Below are positions 14,759 through 28,775 of a stretch of 64,000 nucleotides of DNA, piece after piece. Position numbers and translations under genes: made by a program. The first letter of the stretch is position 1. Every line of letters begins with the position of its first letter. The stretch lies in NCBI GenBank assembly GCA_013239625.1, contig MU053810.1, positions 5,674,071-5,738,070 on the forward strand, read 5' to 3'. Below the pieces are notes generated by a model that saw nothing but the letters and a program-made list of their open reading frames with translations, had not been told where the DNA came from and did no database searches. This stretch comes from Lama guanicoe (taxonomy: Eukaryota).

Positions 14759-17480
14759 ACCTAACCTGATTTTCACAAGCACTTAAGCTTGTCTTCGGAC
14801 TGGCACACAATAACATAATAGCCTTTCCAGTGTTGGTTGAAATCTTTGCTGAATGCTGGGTGTAGAGGGCAGTGGTGGTGGCAGAATAAAAAAGATAAAG
14901 GAAAAACCATCAACAGACATGCCAATTTCCATTCTCCTGGTTCCAACTCTGGGCGTTAATGCCAGGACGGACCCCACTTCAAGTCCCGCCCATGTAACGT
15001 GGCCAACAGTAAGATGCGAGGTGTCAGGCTTGGAAGTTGGTACAAGGAGTATTTCTATTAGACCTAAAAATTAAGGAATTATTTGCAGAGGATTAAAAAA
15101 AGAACAACTGTTCTCCTCACCAAATGTTACTAAAAAAATTATTGTTAACATCTTAACCATTCACTCGTGTTAGTATTATTGTCTCCAGGCTAGGAAGCCG
15201 TTATCTTGCCGCCGCTGGTCTTTATTAAACCGCCCTTAGTTGAAGCCTTTGGATTTTCCACTTCCTCTGGAGCACTAGTTAGCAGAAATTATGGTGCAGC
15301 AGAGGTGGAATTACGGGTTAGAGTCCGACCTCTGCCACATACTGCCATATGACTTGAAGTTTGCCCTCTGGTTTTCCTCATATGCAAAGTGGAAGTCATA
15401 GTACTTAATTTACCCACTGAAAGCATTTGACATGCTGGCTCAGAAGGAATCTTGAAATTTGCAGTTTACCATCGAAGCACAGAAGAAATGGCTAGGTGGA
15501 GAGATGTGTGTAGCAAAGGATGAAGTGTCAGTAAAGATGTTTTATGAATTGCAAGTCTTTCTGCAAACACCATGCACCCACCGCCTGACATTATAGCATC
15601 ACCACACATTTGTTTTCTGCTTAACTGTCTTTAGTGTATGTATTGATAAAGCCAAAATATGCTCCACCCCAGAAATGCTAAATTCCAGTATCTACCTGTG
15701 TGACTACAGTCATGTCTCTGTTTGGCTCCTTCATGACCATCTTTCCTGCTACATCAGCTCTGTGATCGCACGTGCACTTTACAAGGATAGGTTCCTCCAT
15801 TTTCTTTTGTGGACCATGCCCTCCTGGCTTCACTTCATTTTCTACCTTCTAAAACCCCATGGTTGACCAGCTGAACCATTTTTGAATAGCGTTTCCATTT
15901 CTTGGACCTTCAACTCATCCTTCCACACAACCTGCCTCCCTTGGTTCCGTGATGTAAGCCACCTCCTTGCCCTTATGTTAACGCAAAGAGTAAGGGGTTA
16001 GGGGGTTAACAGAAGAGCTTTAATGACTCTGCTATCAATTAGGTCTGGTTTAAAATTGTGTCTGACACAGTTCCATCTCATAATAACCTTCCTGGTTTAC
16101 TATTTTCAGTTTGGTTTTTAGAAACCAAGAGGCCTTTTAGGAAATCTTCCAGAAAGTTTTAGTCCTTCAGTTCTGTGTGTTTCTGAGTCTTCAGCAGAGC
16201 TTTGTTAAAAATGCAGCTTTTTAGGTTTGGGGAAAATTTGCCATTTGTATTTTTAACAAGCCCCGCCCCCAGCAGCTGAATCAGATGCAAAAGCAAAGTT
16301 TCAGCATTACTGCTATAGAATACGGTCTCTCTTCAAATGGTGAGTCCCATTCCTGAACATGGGGAGATTGGGGAGATGTTAAAGTGGGAAAGCAAAATTT
16401 GCATCGTGTTCTCTGGATCAGTGATTTTTCCTCGAAGACAGGTGTCAACCATGGTGCTCTTAAAGGCCATCGATGGAAACGATCCGTGGTTTGGCTCCAC
16501 CTGCTGGCAGTTTCGTGCAATCGTTTTCAGTAGGGGCCCAGCACCTCTCGTTTTGTTTTTTTTTAATGCATCACGATAATTCTATTTCATATACTAAGGT
16601 GTAATACATCTGCAGTGGAAATAAATGCATGCCTTGGAGAGCAGTATTCCAATTTGTTTTAAGTTAATAGGTTAATAAATATAAAGGCAATATTGAAGTT
16701 GTTCTTCAAAGAACTTATAGAAATAGTATCTTATAAAAGTCTCTTGATTTACTACCGGTCCTTTTTTTTTTTTAAATATTGCTACCACCAAGCCCTGAAA
16801 ATAATGTTATGCTTACTTCTTCCCTCAATGAAATTACATTTAAATTCAGAGCCACCAGCACTAGTTTACATTCAGTTCAAGACAGCAAGCCCTAAAATAG
16901 CTTTAATGACGCATGCAAAGCATTTTCCTAGGAACAGACTCTGGACTTATTAGTGTCTGAAGCCATCAGTCAATACTCATCTGGTGCACTGCTGTGTTAG
17001 GAAGTGATGCCAGAAATGTGTGCTCTCTCCTGTCAGTTACACCGCCGCTCGGAGAAAGGACGCAGCTTGCTTTAAATAGACGAAGTGGAGAAAGAAATTG
17101 ACTTTTCAGTTGTTTTCACTTCTCCAAAATGCTTATCTTTTTCTGGCTGTAAAACAGCAATTGAAAACTACCATATAAAGTTAAAAATAATCTCCTGAGG
17201 TTTCCAGTTTATTTTCCCTGTGTTTTAACCAGAGGGACGAGGAGCTCGGAGCCCCAGAAGCTGCTCCTGCCACACAACAATCTGTGACCTTGAACGAGAC
17301 CTCAAAGGGCCGGGCTTCATCTTTTCATTTTGAAAATGAGGGAGCTGGACTCACTGGCTAAAGGCTGTCTTAGCTCTAAACAGCAATATGATGAAATATT
17401 AATTTCAAGATATTTCACTGAAATGTCTCACGTAGAAAATGGGCCTTTTAAAAATATATAATGTTAGATTAAAAATGCAT

Positions 17481-17662
17481 TTCTTCTGTATAGTACAGGG
17501 AACTATATTCAATATCTTGTTATAACCTTTAGTGAAAAAGAATATGAAAATGAATATATGTGTATATATGCATGACTGGGACGTTCAGTTGTACACCAGA
17601 AATTGACACATTGTAACTGACTATACTAAATTTTTAAAAAAGAAAAAATATAAAAAATAAAT
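17481..17662 (+). mobile_element. 5'-truncated L1 3' end
   Basis: acagggaactatattcaatatcttg..gtacaccagaaattgacacattgtaactgactata + A tail; TSD AAAATATATAATG. Confidence 0.85.
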
Positions 17663-18419
17663 AAAAATATATAATGAGACTTTGAGGTAGGAAAAGGTGG
17701 GGGCAGGGGGGCAGGGAATACTGCGAATCCAGACCTCACCACAGCTCGCAGGATTATCTCATGTTAGAACTGAGGAACATCCGCAGACCTGTCACATCCA
17801 AGGACGTCGGGGACGGAGAGGCAGAGTGCTTTTCAGGGACTGTGGACCCTGCTCCTGTGGTCGGTTTCTGGCAGCAGGCTCGTGAACTAAGTTACCGCGA
17901 GTCAATCAGTGTGAACCATCAGGCTGTATGAAGGTAGAAAAGGAAGACATTCTCTGGTTTCTGAGTAATTGGCAGCAAGTTTGGGGTTTGTTTTTTAAGA
18001 GAGAATACTGGAAGGAAACGCCTTTTTTGTATACATTTGCTAAAGTGTATATTTAGGCAATTGCAAACAGACTGCTGTTGTATTAAGGGACCTTATAGAT
18101 GGACAAACACTGCCATCCTGGGCAGAAACGTGTCAGCTGAGCCTAGATGTGTGAGAAAGGGCAGCATTTTATGGCATCGGGATAGAGGATTTCTGAGCCC
18201 CCCACCCAGAGAAGGAATAAGTGGCAATTAATATGAAACCCTGCAATATACCATTTGTAATATATTTATACATAATCATGCTTATGTTGCAACAAGATAT
18301 GTTGGACATATTTTTCATTCTGTAATGTGAGTTTCCATTTTTCTTAATATTTCTGTTGTCTATAGAAAGTCCTCCAGGATTATCAGTAGCTATTCTGGGG
18401 CATTAAAAAGAGTCGTTAG

Positions 18420-18735
18420 TGGGGGAAGGGGTGGAGAAAATAAGGAGATGTTGATAAAAGAGTACAGGCTTTCAGTCATAAGATGAATAAGGTCTGAGGG
18501 CCTGATGTACAACATGGTGACTCTGGTGGACAACACTGTATTGTGGGATTAAAATTTGCTAAGAGAGTAGAACTCATTCTAAAAAAAAAATAGGTAAAAA
18601 TATGAGAATGGTTAGATATCTTCATTAACTTGATGAAGGGAATTATTTCCCAATGTATGTGTATCTCAAATCATCATAGTGCACATTTTAAGTAGCTTAC
18701 AATTTTATTTGTCGATTAGACCACAATAAAGTTGG
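18420..18735 (+). mobile_element. L1 3' end fragment
   Basis: cagtcataagatgaataaggtctgag..tgtacaacatggtgact..aaatttgctaagagagtaga. Confidence 0.75.
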
Positions 18736-19029
18736 AATTTTTTTTTTAAATAGAGGTGCTGAGGGGGAAAAAAACCCCCTCTCTTCAAGGCTGTTTCCTC
18801 CATGGATGCTCTACAAATTACTTATCAGCCTAAACAATTATGGGATACCTAGCACTGCTGGATTTAAATAAAATGAGCAAGAGACACAAAAGGAAAGATG
18901 TTAATTGTAGTTCATGTCTCCATTACTACTTCTCTCAAATTCTTCTACTGCATCTGGGAGGGGAAAAAAATCCTATAAATCTGTGACTACTTGAATGCTT
19001 AAAACTGTGGTTAATATTTAGCATTTCTT

Positions 19030-19157
19030 CTTTTTATTCTTATTAAAGACTAATCAGTTTACTATGTTGTGTCAATTTCTGGTGTACGGCACAGTGTTTC
19101 AGTCAGACAGGAACATACGTGTGTTCATTTTCATGTTCTTTTTCACCGTAAGTTACT
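19030..19157 (-). mobile_element. Short L1 3' end fragment
   Basis: gtgtcaatttctggtgtac motif; flanked by TAGCATTTCTT duplication. Confidence 0.7.
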
Positions 19158-19499
19158 AATATTCAGTAGCATTTCTTTTTAAAAGTAGGAAGGTTTAATT
19201 TTGTTGGATGAATAAAGATATAGATATGTATATGTCTGTAGGTTCCTGAAATGTTTTTCCTGATTTTTTTCTGCCAGAGGTAATTGCAAACAACCACAGA
19301 GCCAGTGATCCCATCTCCTGACAGTCTTGTGCTGAGAAATTTCAGCAGGCATACCTGGAGTTCTTAGTAAAAATTCCAAGAAGACAGCCTATAGGAACCG
19401 TAGAAAAAAAAAATTAAGAAAACTTCTGGGATCCATGGCAGGGACTGGTGTTCTCTCAAATGGAGTGGGCACATTGTTATGACTGGCCTCTGTGGCACT

Positions 19500-19830
19500 G
19501 CGTTAAGTACACAAGATAACTCGTTACTTTTAGAATCAAGCACTGTGTTTAACTTTAAAAGTTTCTCTCTCAGATTGTTATCTGTTAAACTTGGCCTTGA
19601 ATGACTCTGGGCTGTTTCAGATAAACTAACTTGTCCTCAAAGGAAAAATGAGTTATCAATATTTAGGGCATTCAAAATGTTATGCTTTTGATTTTGTTGA
19701 CATTTTCAAAAATTTAGTTTTACATAATTTTAAAATAGTGGAAGAACTCTGGAATAAATGTACATTTTTTCCCCCAAGAATGCCTTCTGGAAGGGGTCAC
19801 AACTAACTTGGATACGTTTATACGTGCTTA
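19500..19830 (+). mobile_element. Highly decayed mariner-type transposase fragment (MARNA-like)
   Basis: 19579-19644 translates YLLNLALNDSGLFQIN*LVLKG, resembling the mariner YSPDLAPxD..LF..LKG motif; WNKC at 19750. Confidence 0.55.
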
Positions 19831-20511
19831 ATTAGAAAAAAAAAATTCCTCAAATTATTTGAGGATAACAGTCCATCTTTAAATTCGTGTTTTAAATATT
19901 CTTTTAAATTTGGATTTTTTTTTTCTTTTTGGGTTACCAATCTGGTTACTAAAAGGCTGATTCTCCTTGACCTTCTAGAACAAGGCAAGCCCTTCTATTT
20001 AAACCCTAACTACAGTACATAGCCATCACATACAATGCATCGCCTTTGTAATTCTTATCACAAGTGCGGTAAATAATGTTGTTGTTATAATGTCATTGTT
20101 TCTCTCCTGCTGGGATATCAGCCTCACAGAGGAAAAAACGGTATCTCTCATGCTGACATCCCAAGAAGAGGGCACATTACACATGGAAGAACTCAATAAA
20201 CACAGGATAAATTAAAGAGGAAATTATTTGGTTACTGAGCTAGTTCTTACTGGTGTAAGTGGTTCAGCTGCAGATAACAGGATTCATAATTTTTATATCT
20301 CTAGCCTGTCATCTTAATGGCCACAGCTTAGGCTCCACAGTCAGAGCTAAGAGGAGATAGAAAATCTTAGCCCCGGTTTGTGGGCGAGAGAATTGGCACA
20401 TCTTTCTTGGGGGAGGTTTGGTAATACGTATCAGATCATTTCAGGGATAAACACTTTTTGATCTAAAAATGTATGTAAGGAAATAACTGAGGATAGAATG
20501 TTTCAGGTGTA

Positions 20512-20878
20512 TGCAATGGGCTAAATGTTTGTGTCCCCCGCCTCCAGAAAAAAAAAATTTTTATATGTTGGAATTCTAGACCTGCAGTGTGATGTTATTA
20601 AGAGGTAGAGCCTTTGAGAGGTAATTAGGTCATAAGAGTGAAGCCTTCCTGAATGGGATTAGTGCCCTTATAAAAGGGACCACAGAGAGATGTCTTGCCC
20701 TCTTTTGTGCCCGTGAAGAAACAGGATGGAAGTCTGCTACTGGAAGAGGGTTCTCACCAGAACCCACCCATGCTGGCACCCTGACCTCAGACTTCCAGCT
20801 TCCCGTAGAGTGACAAATATATTATTATTGTTTATAAATCACCCAGTGTATGGTACTTTGTTAGCCTGAACTCAGAGA
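20512..20878 (+). mobile_element. MaLR solo LTR (MLT1 type)
   Basis: atgggctaaatgtttgtgtcccc start, gaatgggattagtgcccttataaaa, accagaacccacccatgctggcaccctga; opposite orientation to 62-420. Confidence 0.85.
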
Positions 20879-22358
20879 ATACACATTTTAAGTAGTGCAA
20901 AGTTAAAAAATCTCACAATCGTGCAGGGGGCTCCTGTGCACCCTGGGGATGCTCTGACCTCACCTGCCTCTTGTTCCATCCATCTCTTGTGGCAGTCCCT
21001 CTGCTCGGGCTCTCCCTGCCCCTTGCCTCATGTTCACTCGGGTCCCCACTCCAGGTCATCCCTGTTGACAGTGGTGAGGTGTCCAAGGGTCACGTCATCG
21101 TGCCCATCATGCTGGGTTCACAAAAGCACGGGGAGTCATGCCCATGGGGGCACACCTTTGACCAGTGGGTGATTGAAGCAGTGAAATGACACCCTCCTTC
21201 TGACCAGCTGTCCCAAGATACAGTCAAAGCGGCATCTCAGAGGACGGTCCTGGAGGATTAAGCGATCAGTCGTAGCTAGTGGTGGCCTAGTCAACCATGG
21301 CGCTCTTGTGGTTTCCTTCTCTCTCCTTCTTCGCTTTCCTCTCGTCCCTCCCCTCCACTCTCCGGAATTGCACTACAGTGTGAACACTTTGCCTCAGCTT
21401 CTGCTTCCTGGGGGCCTGAGAGGCTTTCTAATCCATTAAATAAGATATATGATTTATTCAGTGGGTAGGCACAGCCATTAAAAGTAACGTGGAAAGACAA
21501 CAGCTTTTAAGTGAAATAAACTGGTTAAATTGTGTGTTTAATATGATACCTTTTTGTTTTTTAAAGAGCATATATTTAGTCTCTAAAATGTTAGCTACAC
21601 GATTAAAGTCTAAATGACATTTCCTCTCTTTCGTTGACTGTTCGTAGTTAAGTTTTTAAAGGGGAAATTCAGTGTGGTATATATTTTATAAGAATTTCAA
21701 CTAGGAAATATGAAAGAAACCAATGTAAATGCTGTAACCAAGAAACTCCGAATTTAAATTATTTGAAGAGCGGTGACAAATATGAACTAGTGAAACATTA
21801 TAAGAAGTTATGAAATAAGTAAACTTTACAGTATTCCATGGAATATTATGACATGTAACAGGAATTTCGGGGGAACTCAGAGAATGAGCAGAAATAAATA
21901 AAAACGAAAGTGCTACAGAAGAGGCTGTGGTCTGTCTCGATGACAGTTCAGCGACTACAAGAGAGCACGTGCTTTTGTAGCCAAAAAAGACCAGGACTTG
22001 GATCCTGAATCCTCACTTCCTAGACGCATGACCATGGGGCTTTTATGGAGACTAAAAGAGAGACGGTTAAGCCCAGTTGCTTCTATGCAGTAAGTACTCA
22101 ATGAATTGAGGCAGCTATTAATTGCCTAATATTTGAGAAAATCAGTCTGTTTACCAAGCCAAGTCGTATCTTTCTACTGCTGCAGATACGCCCAAGGAAG
22201 TCAAGTAGATACTTCATTCACACCCAATAGCCAGCTGCTTCCTCTGATGCCTTGACTCACAGGAAGCCATAGGGAAGTTGGCTGTATCCCCTAACTTGAC
22301 TGAAGATGTCTTGAATAGATATTTGAGATGCCTTTGAAGCCTTTAGAATAACTACAGG

Positions 22359-22727
22359 TGTTAAAGTAATTAAACCAGGAGGCCATTGGACTGAGGTAGT
22401 GCTAATGACCTAGGAACCTTCGAAAGCACAGCAACACCTAAACCAAAGGGACTTCCTATCCATGGACGTTCTCCCAGAGAATAAAATTTAAGAACAATCA
22501 GTCACCAACAGCCAATGAGGTTTTCCCACACAAGGGAGCCACTACAGCTGTAACCAGTCAAATCCTTTCCTTGCTTTGCTTCCATGTCTTCTCTGTAAAA
22601 GCTGCTCCCCTCAGCTCCTACTGGTGGAGTGTCCCTAACCACTTCTAGGGTGGTGCTGCCTGATTTGAATCAATGTTTGCTCAGCTAAAACCTTGAAAGT
22701 GTCTATATGCCTCGGTTTATCTTTGAA
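22359..22727 (+). mobile_element. ERV1-like solo LTR
   Basis: TGTTAAA start, CCAAT-like boxes, TATA-like ctgtaaaagc, end resembling gaatc..tttgctca..aaa ERV1 U5 motif. Confidence 0.55.
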
Positions 22728-24215
22728 TCCAGATTATTGTCAGAGATCAGTTGTAGATGTTCAAATGATAACATTGCATCTAAAAATACAGCTCTGGCAA
22801 TAATCAGCATTTGCCATGATCAGAAAATTTTTCATCCATTAAGCTGATTTCTGCCTTCCTTCCATGTGGACCTGTGGGTCCCTGTTCTGCCTTCTTATCA
22901 TGCTGCCAGTCAGTCACAAAGCTTGGCTTTGGAAAGTCTTACAACAGTGGAGCGCACATAGCAACAAAGGTTTTACTAGTTTCTAGAGAGAAGTCAGACA
23001 GGATCTCCTGTTCAGAACTTGTCACCCACAGCCCTCTGCACTGATTTATTCCCTGCCAAAACATTTGGTTTTGGTCCTGGAGATACTCTACTCTGGTTTT
23101 CTTTTCTGTTTAAGAAAAGCAAAACACTTCGTGTGAAATAAACAATAACAAAATCGACACACGCAGACTTGCATGACTTTCGATCCCTAGGACTGGGTGG
23201 ATGTGGCTCAAACCACAGCTGTTGGATTGAAAAAGAAAGTGAAGATTACGGAATTAAAACAAAATATAGCATGTCTCCCTGTGTGTGTCAGCCTGTACTT
23301 TGCAAAGGCTTTCCTCGCGTCTGTTTGGAATGCTTCTTTGGAAATTCTCTCTAGTGTATAATTTTCTGAGTAAGTACAGAAGAGACATTTTTATAGCACT
23401 TTAAATGTGAAGCAGTAGTTTGGAAGGGACACCACCATTAGTGCCTGTTATGTTTTTCATTCCCGTCCTTGTCGTGGGATAAAGTTATAAGCAAAAGCGT
23501 GGTGGTGATGTGTAAAACCACTCAGAGTTAGACTTCTGGAAGTTTCTGAGCTGTCCACCGTGGACTGGGGCATTTCATAGAATGTGCCTGGCCGCTGTTG
23601 AGATGGTCCTACGCCATCCCAATTTTTGGTTTTTAAACTTTTGCACTTTCAGAAAATTAGAAATAGTATAAATTAAGGAAAAGCAGCTAAGAAATGGGAC
23701 AGCGGTGTGGGCGAAGTCTAACAGATAAGCAAAGAGAAAGGATGGAAATGTGAAGTTGTTATTCAGGACTTGGAAGCAGCAGGTCCATTTAAAAGATGTA
23801 GCCAGCCAGTAGCCAAAGAGAGTGAACAGGAACATTTGAACCCAGCCACACATGAATCCAAACTTCTCAACTGCCTTATTATATATATTATATAACTAAA
23901 GTATTTTAGTCTGGTGTAAACACAAGCTCCCTGACTAACGTCTCAGTGGGCTTAACCCTGCAGCATCATGTCCTGTGAAGTGTGTGCAGTGATGGATTTT
24001 AAACAAAAATAGATGCTAAGTAAACACGTGTTAGAAAAAAAAAAGGAGTGAATTTTTATTGGCTTGGTCTTTTCCTAATTTTCTCTGAAAAGTATGTAGG
24101 AGTTTTGGGTAAAGAGTCTTTCATTGTGGACGACTTTGATATCCAAATAATACAGGTGGAACTTGTGTTTTTCGTTGGAAGCATAGACCCTTCATATTGG
24201 TTTGGTTAGGGCAAC

Positions 24216-24514
24216 TGTTTTAGTCTATGTGGGCCACCATAACAGAAGGCCGTGGACTGCATGGCTTCAACAATGGAAACTGATCCTCTCATAGTTCTGG
24301 TCATAGTCTGTTTCAGGTGAGGGTCAGTTTCTGGTGAGGCCTCTTCCCTTGGTTTGTAGATGGCCACCTTCTCCCTGTCTTCACATAATCTTTCCTCTGT
24401 GAGTGCCTAGACAGAGACTCTGGTGTCTCCTCTTCCTCTTAAAAGGATACCAGTCCCATCAGATTAGGGCTGCACCCTTATGACCTCATTTAATCAAATA
24501 TTCAGACCATAACA
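24216..24514 (-). mobile_element. MaLR solo LTR (MLT1 type), internally deleted
   Basis: ctcatagttctgg, gatggccaccttctccctg, gattagggc..cccttatgacctcatttaa, attcagaccataaca. Confidence 0.75.
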
Positions 24515-25819
24515 ACTGAAGAAAAAACAAATTTGGGCTTTTGGGTGTTGTTTTTGTTTGTTTGTTTGTTTGTTTTTTACAACAAGCCTAAAGTAAAAAT
24601 CGCTTGCTCCCTTTAGCTCCTAAATAACTTGAGAACTACTGTTACCCTGCTTGGTAAGACCAAGCCATAGTAAAATTAAATATAAACAATTCATTTCTTC
24701 TTAAGCTGACTTAATTGAAAATTACTTACCCTTTCTGCTAAGGCAGGGAGACAGCTATTTCATTACCCAGAATAAATAAAATCAAGTACTTTCTCGCCAT
24801 ATTGGTGGTTTCTTTCCTAGTGGCCTGGAGGAGTTGCAATGCCCTTTGAAGATGCTGCTCTAGGGAGAGACAGCTCCACTGGGGGAATGAAGCTAGTGCA
24901 CTTTTATTGAAGGAGAATGCTGTACTAATACTAAACGATGTAAGGGACAGCAGACTGCCCCAAAATTACAGATATCGTCTCTCCTTCGTGTAAGATTTCT
25001 CCTTGGATAAATTTATCCACGGATGCTTGCTTTTCCTGATGACTGGTAATTAATCCCTTATATACCTTAGTTGAAGGCCTCAGGTCCAAAGTGATAAATT
25101 CTCTGATAAGCAAATTGAAAGGGTGCTACATTCTCTCTCTGTGTAGACAGATGGATAAATCTGTATGTCATTATTATTCTCATCTTTACCTTGCATGTTG
25201 ATTCTGCAACTTTGAGTGCTACCTCAACCTCAGCATTCACATAAATGTTGCCTTTGTTTTTGTATTTCAATTCAGCTTTTTAAGGAGAGTCTGATATTTT
25301 AAAGGTTACCATTATTTATTCCCCAAAACATTTCTGTAAGAGCTTGCCTACTTTAATCATCTGTTGAAAAGAAAAAAAACAGATATTCCTTTTCTTTTTG
25401 CTTCATACGTAATTTGAACTTATTTTATATTGTGATTGTGAGTCATTTCAGTGACTTTTAGGGTGACAGTAGTTCAAATTTTGTTTTAAACATTTGCTCC
25501 TTTGTTTAATTCTAATTAATATAGCTATTTTCAATCTAATAAATGTATATGTACCCTGTACTTACATATATGCATATTAATCATATAAAACAAAGTCCTC
25601 ATCAGACCAACCTTACCACTGTAATGATTTTGCCATTCTACTTTTGTGGGCCCTGGAGCCATGGTAACAGAACTTTGCATAGAGTTAGGTGCACCTGTAA
25701 TTGATTCCTCTAACAGAAAGGAATCAATCCTTTACTTGAGTCCTTCAACAGTTATTAATGTATACCTAGTATTCTGGTAAATGCTTGGAGGCTGGCATAA
25801 AAAAATACATAGGAATATA

Positions 25820-25966
25820 ATAGCACAGAGAACTATATTCAATATCTTGTAAAAACCTTTAATGAAAAAGAATATGAAAACAAATATATGTATGATATAT
25901 TACTGGGACATTATGCCGTACACCAGAAATTGACACATTGTAACTGACTATACTGCAGTAAAAAAA
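25820..25966 (+). mobile_element. 5'-truncated L1 3' end
   Basis: Near copy of 17481-17662. Confidence 0.85.
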
Positions 25967-26685
25967 TAGGGATATAAATCATTTACCTGAAAAGGGTTGT
26001 AAATTCATGGAGAGATCAATTCAGGAAAGTAGATGAAAATGCTTCCACATATATAGAATGAATTTGTAGCTATACTGTAATACACACTTCTACGAAATTG
26101 CTGTAGAAAATTCAAAGCCAGATGGGAAAAGGTAATTTCAAGACCATGATATTTTAAAGGTGAGGGATGATGGGTTTAACTCTGTTATCTCTGCAATGAT
26201 GCTCATTCCATTTCCGCATGGTGTGGCCGGCTTACTATCAACCCATGACCCTGACTCTCAAGTAGGCTTTTAATACAGCCAGGCAGCCCCACCACACTTC
26301 CCTTGTCCGACTGATCTCCCACGCTCTTGCATGACTGTATTGTGTTCTTTCCTCCCTTCTCAAACCTCTAATACCTTCTTCCCTGTCTTCACTCCCACCA
26401 CCCTATTCCCCTGGGAAACTGAAACAGGAGATGACGTTACATCACCTCAGTACCACTTTCTGCACTTGGACATGCTGCCTCCCTGCCGGTTTTCAGAAAT
26501 ACACCCCCTGCCTCTGTCTAAGGCTGTGTCTCCTCCTTAAATACTGGACCCCCTGCCTCCTCTGCCAAAGCAGAAACACTGCCCCAGAAGTTCTGTTTTG
26601 AGTTAATATAGCATCACTTTTTATTCCCTCTTTACTGCCTCAGTCCCATCAGCATCAATTCTTGTTAATGCTCCTAATTTTTTTC

Positions 26686-26821
26686 CTTTTTTTTTTTTTT
26701 GAGGAGGCAGGTAATTAGGTTTATTTATTAGTTTTTTTTTTATGTAATGGAGGAACTGGGGACTGAACCCAGGACCTCATGCATGGTAACTACGTGCTTA
26801 ATCACTGAGCTATACCCTCCC
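26686..26821 (-). mobile_element. Vic-1-type SINE
   Basis: Poly-T, GGTAATTAGGTTTATT, GAACCCAGGACC..GAGCTATACCCTCC (reverse complement of head). Confidence 0.88.
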
Positions 26822-26849
26822 TGCTAATTTTCTTACTTTCAATAAAAGA

Positions 26850-28200
26850 ATCTTGACCCACTTCTCAAACCACCAGTCACACTATTTCTTTCTTCCCTTT
26901 GTAGCCAAATCCGTTAAAAGAATTGTCTATATTCACCGGATCCAATTCCTCTCTGTCTTTCCTCTTTTAATTCCACTATGGCTTTCATCCCCCTCAAGCT
27001 GTTCCCGGGCTCTTGTCCGTGCTGACCTGCAGGTTGTAAAATCCATGCGGCAGTTGTCAGCCCTCATCTTACTTGACCCATCAGCAGGTTTGACACAGTT
27101 GATCACCTGCTGCTCTTTGAGACACTTTCTTTCTGGAAAGCACGGGGTTAGCAGTCATTCTCCACTGTTGCTTCTTCTGAGGCTCCTTTGTAGTTGGCAT
27201 GCCCCCAGGTATGTTGATTTCCTTGGCAGTGTCACCCAGTCTCATGCCTTTAAATGTCATCAGTGTGCCTAAGACTTACCACCTTATATCTTTAGCCCAG
27301 ATCTTTTCTGCCAAACTTTCAGACCTTAAGCACTCTTCCAGATTCTACTTGGATGTTTGGTACGTCCTCAAATTTACATGTTCAGAACGTGTAAAATTTC
27401 CATATAATCTATAAAAATAATTGAATTACTATGTTGTATGCTTGAAACTAACGTAATATTGTAGGTCAACTATATTTCAACTTAAATGCAGTGTAAAATA
27501 TTTTTATTTTTGCCTCCTAACCTCTGTAGCCTGCCCCACATCACTTGATTGGTGCCCAACCCTTCTCATCACTCAGACCCAAAATATTTGGCATCATCAT
27601 TCACTCTTTTTCACACCCTCATCAAATCTGTCAGCAAATATGGTTGACTCTACTTTGAAAATGTAACCAGAATTGGACCACTTTTTTAACCACCTTTTTC
27701 ACTGCCGCCCTGCCTTAACCACCATCTCTCCCCCTGGGTTGCTGTGAGCATCTCCAATTGATTTCCCTGTTTCCACTTCAAAGTCCCCAAAGCCTCTTTT
27801 CGGTTCAACAGCCATCAGAGTCCTTTTAACATGTCAGACCACATCACTCCTCTGCTGAAGACCCTCCAGTGATTTCTCATCTCACTTAGAATAAAAGCCA
27901 CAAGTCTTGACTAGGACCTACGAAGCCAGGGGTAACCTGAGAGCTCTGACCTCATCTTTTGTTCTTTCCTCTGGTTCTCTCCACTCAGCCATTCTGACCC
28001 CCTTGTCTCCTTCCAGTACGTCCAGCCTGCTCCCACTTTAGGGCCTCGGCACTGGCTCTTCTGCCTGGAGTTCAGGTACCTGCATTCTCTCACCTGCTTC
28101 ATGCTTCCATCCAAATCTTACCTCCTCAAGGCAGACTCCCTGCGCTCCCATTTAAAATTGTCCCTGCTCTGTCACCTTGCACCTGGCTTTCCTTACCTTG
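26850..28200 (+). mobile_element. Degenerate L2 LINE segments
   Basis: cctcatcttacttgacc.atcagcag.tttgacacagttgatcac, catcactcctctgct.aa.accctccagtg motifs; boundaries approximate. Confidence 0.65.
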
Positions 28201-28267
28201 TTTTTTTTTTTTAAAGCTAAAAATTATTTACTGTTTTTCTGAAATTCAATTTAACTCTGTGCCCTGT

Positions 28268-28775
28268 ATTTTTATTTTATTATTTTTTAAATTGTACTAT
28301 AGTCAGTTACAACGTGTCAGTTTCTGGTATACAGCACAATGTCTCAGTCATGCATATACATACATATATTTGTTTTCATATTCTCTTTCAGTAAAGATTA
28401 TTACAAGACATTGAATATAGTTCCCTGTGCTATACAGAAGAAATGTTTTAATCTATTTTTATATATAGTGGTTAACATTTGTAAATCTCAAACTCCCAAA
28501 TTTATCCCTTCCCACCCCCCGTAACCATAAGATTGTTTACTACGTCTGTGAGTCTGTTTCTGTTTTGTAGATGAATTCATTAGTGTCTTCTTTTTCTCTC
28601 TTTTATTTTTTAAGATTCCACATATGAGTGATAGCATATGGTATTTTTCTTTCTCTTCTGGGCTTACTTCACTTAGAATGATGATCTCTAGTTCCATCAA
28701 TGTTGCTGCAAATGGCGTTATTTTATTCTTTTTATGGCTGAGTAGTATTCCATTGTATAAATATACCACAACTTC
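28268..28775 (-). mobile_element. L1 3' end including ORF2 C-terminal remnant
   Basis: Minus ORF 28488..28769 contains ITPFAATLMELEIIILSEVS..EKEKYHMLSLICG, the L1 ORF2 C-terminus; poly-T at left end. Confidence 0.9.

Noticed and set aside
19847..19865. Palindrome TCCTCAAAT-T-ATTTGAGGA
   Set aside because: A single 9-bp inverted repeat in AT-rich DNA is not unexpected in 64 kb; no supporting context.
28488..28769. 93-aa ORF with protein-like sequence
   Set aside because: C-terminal remnant of L1 ORF2, not a host gene.
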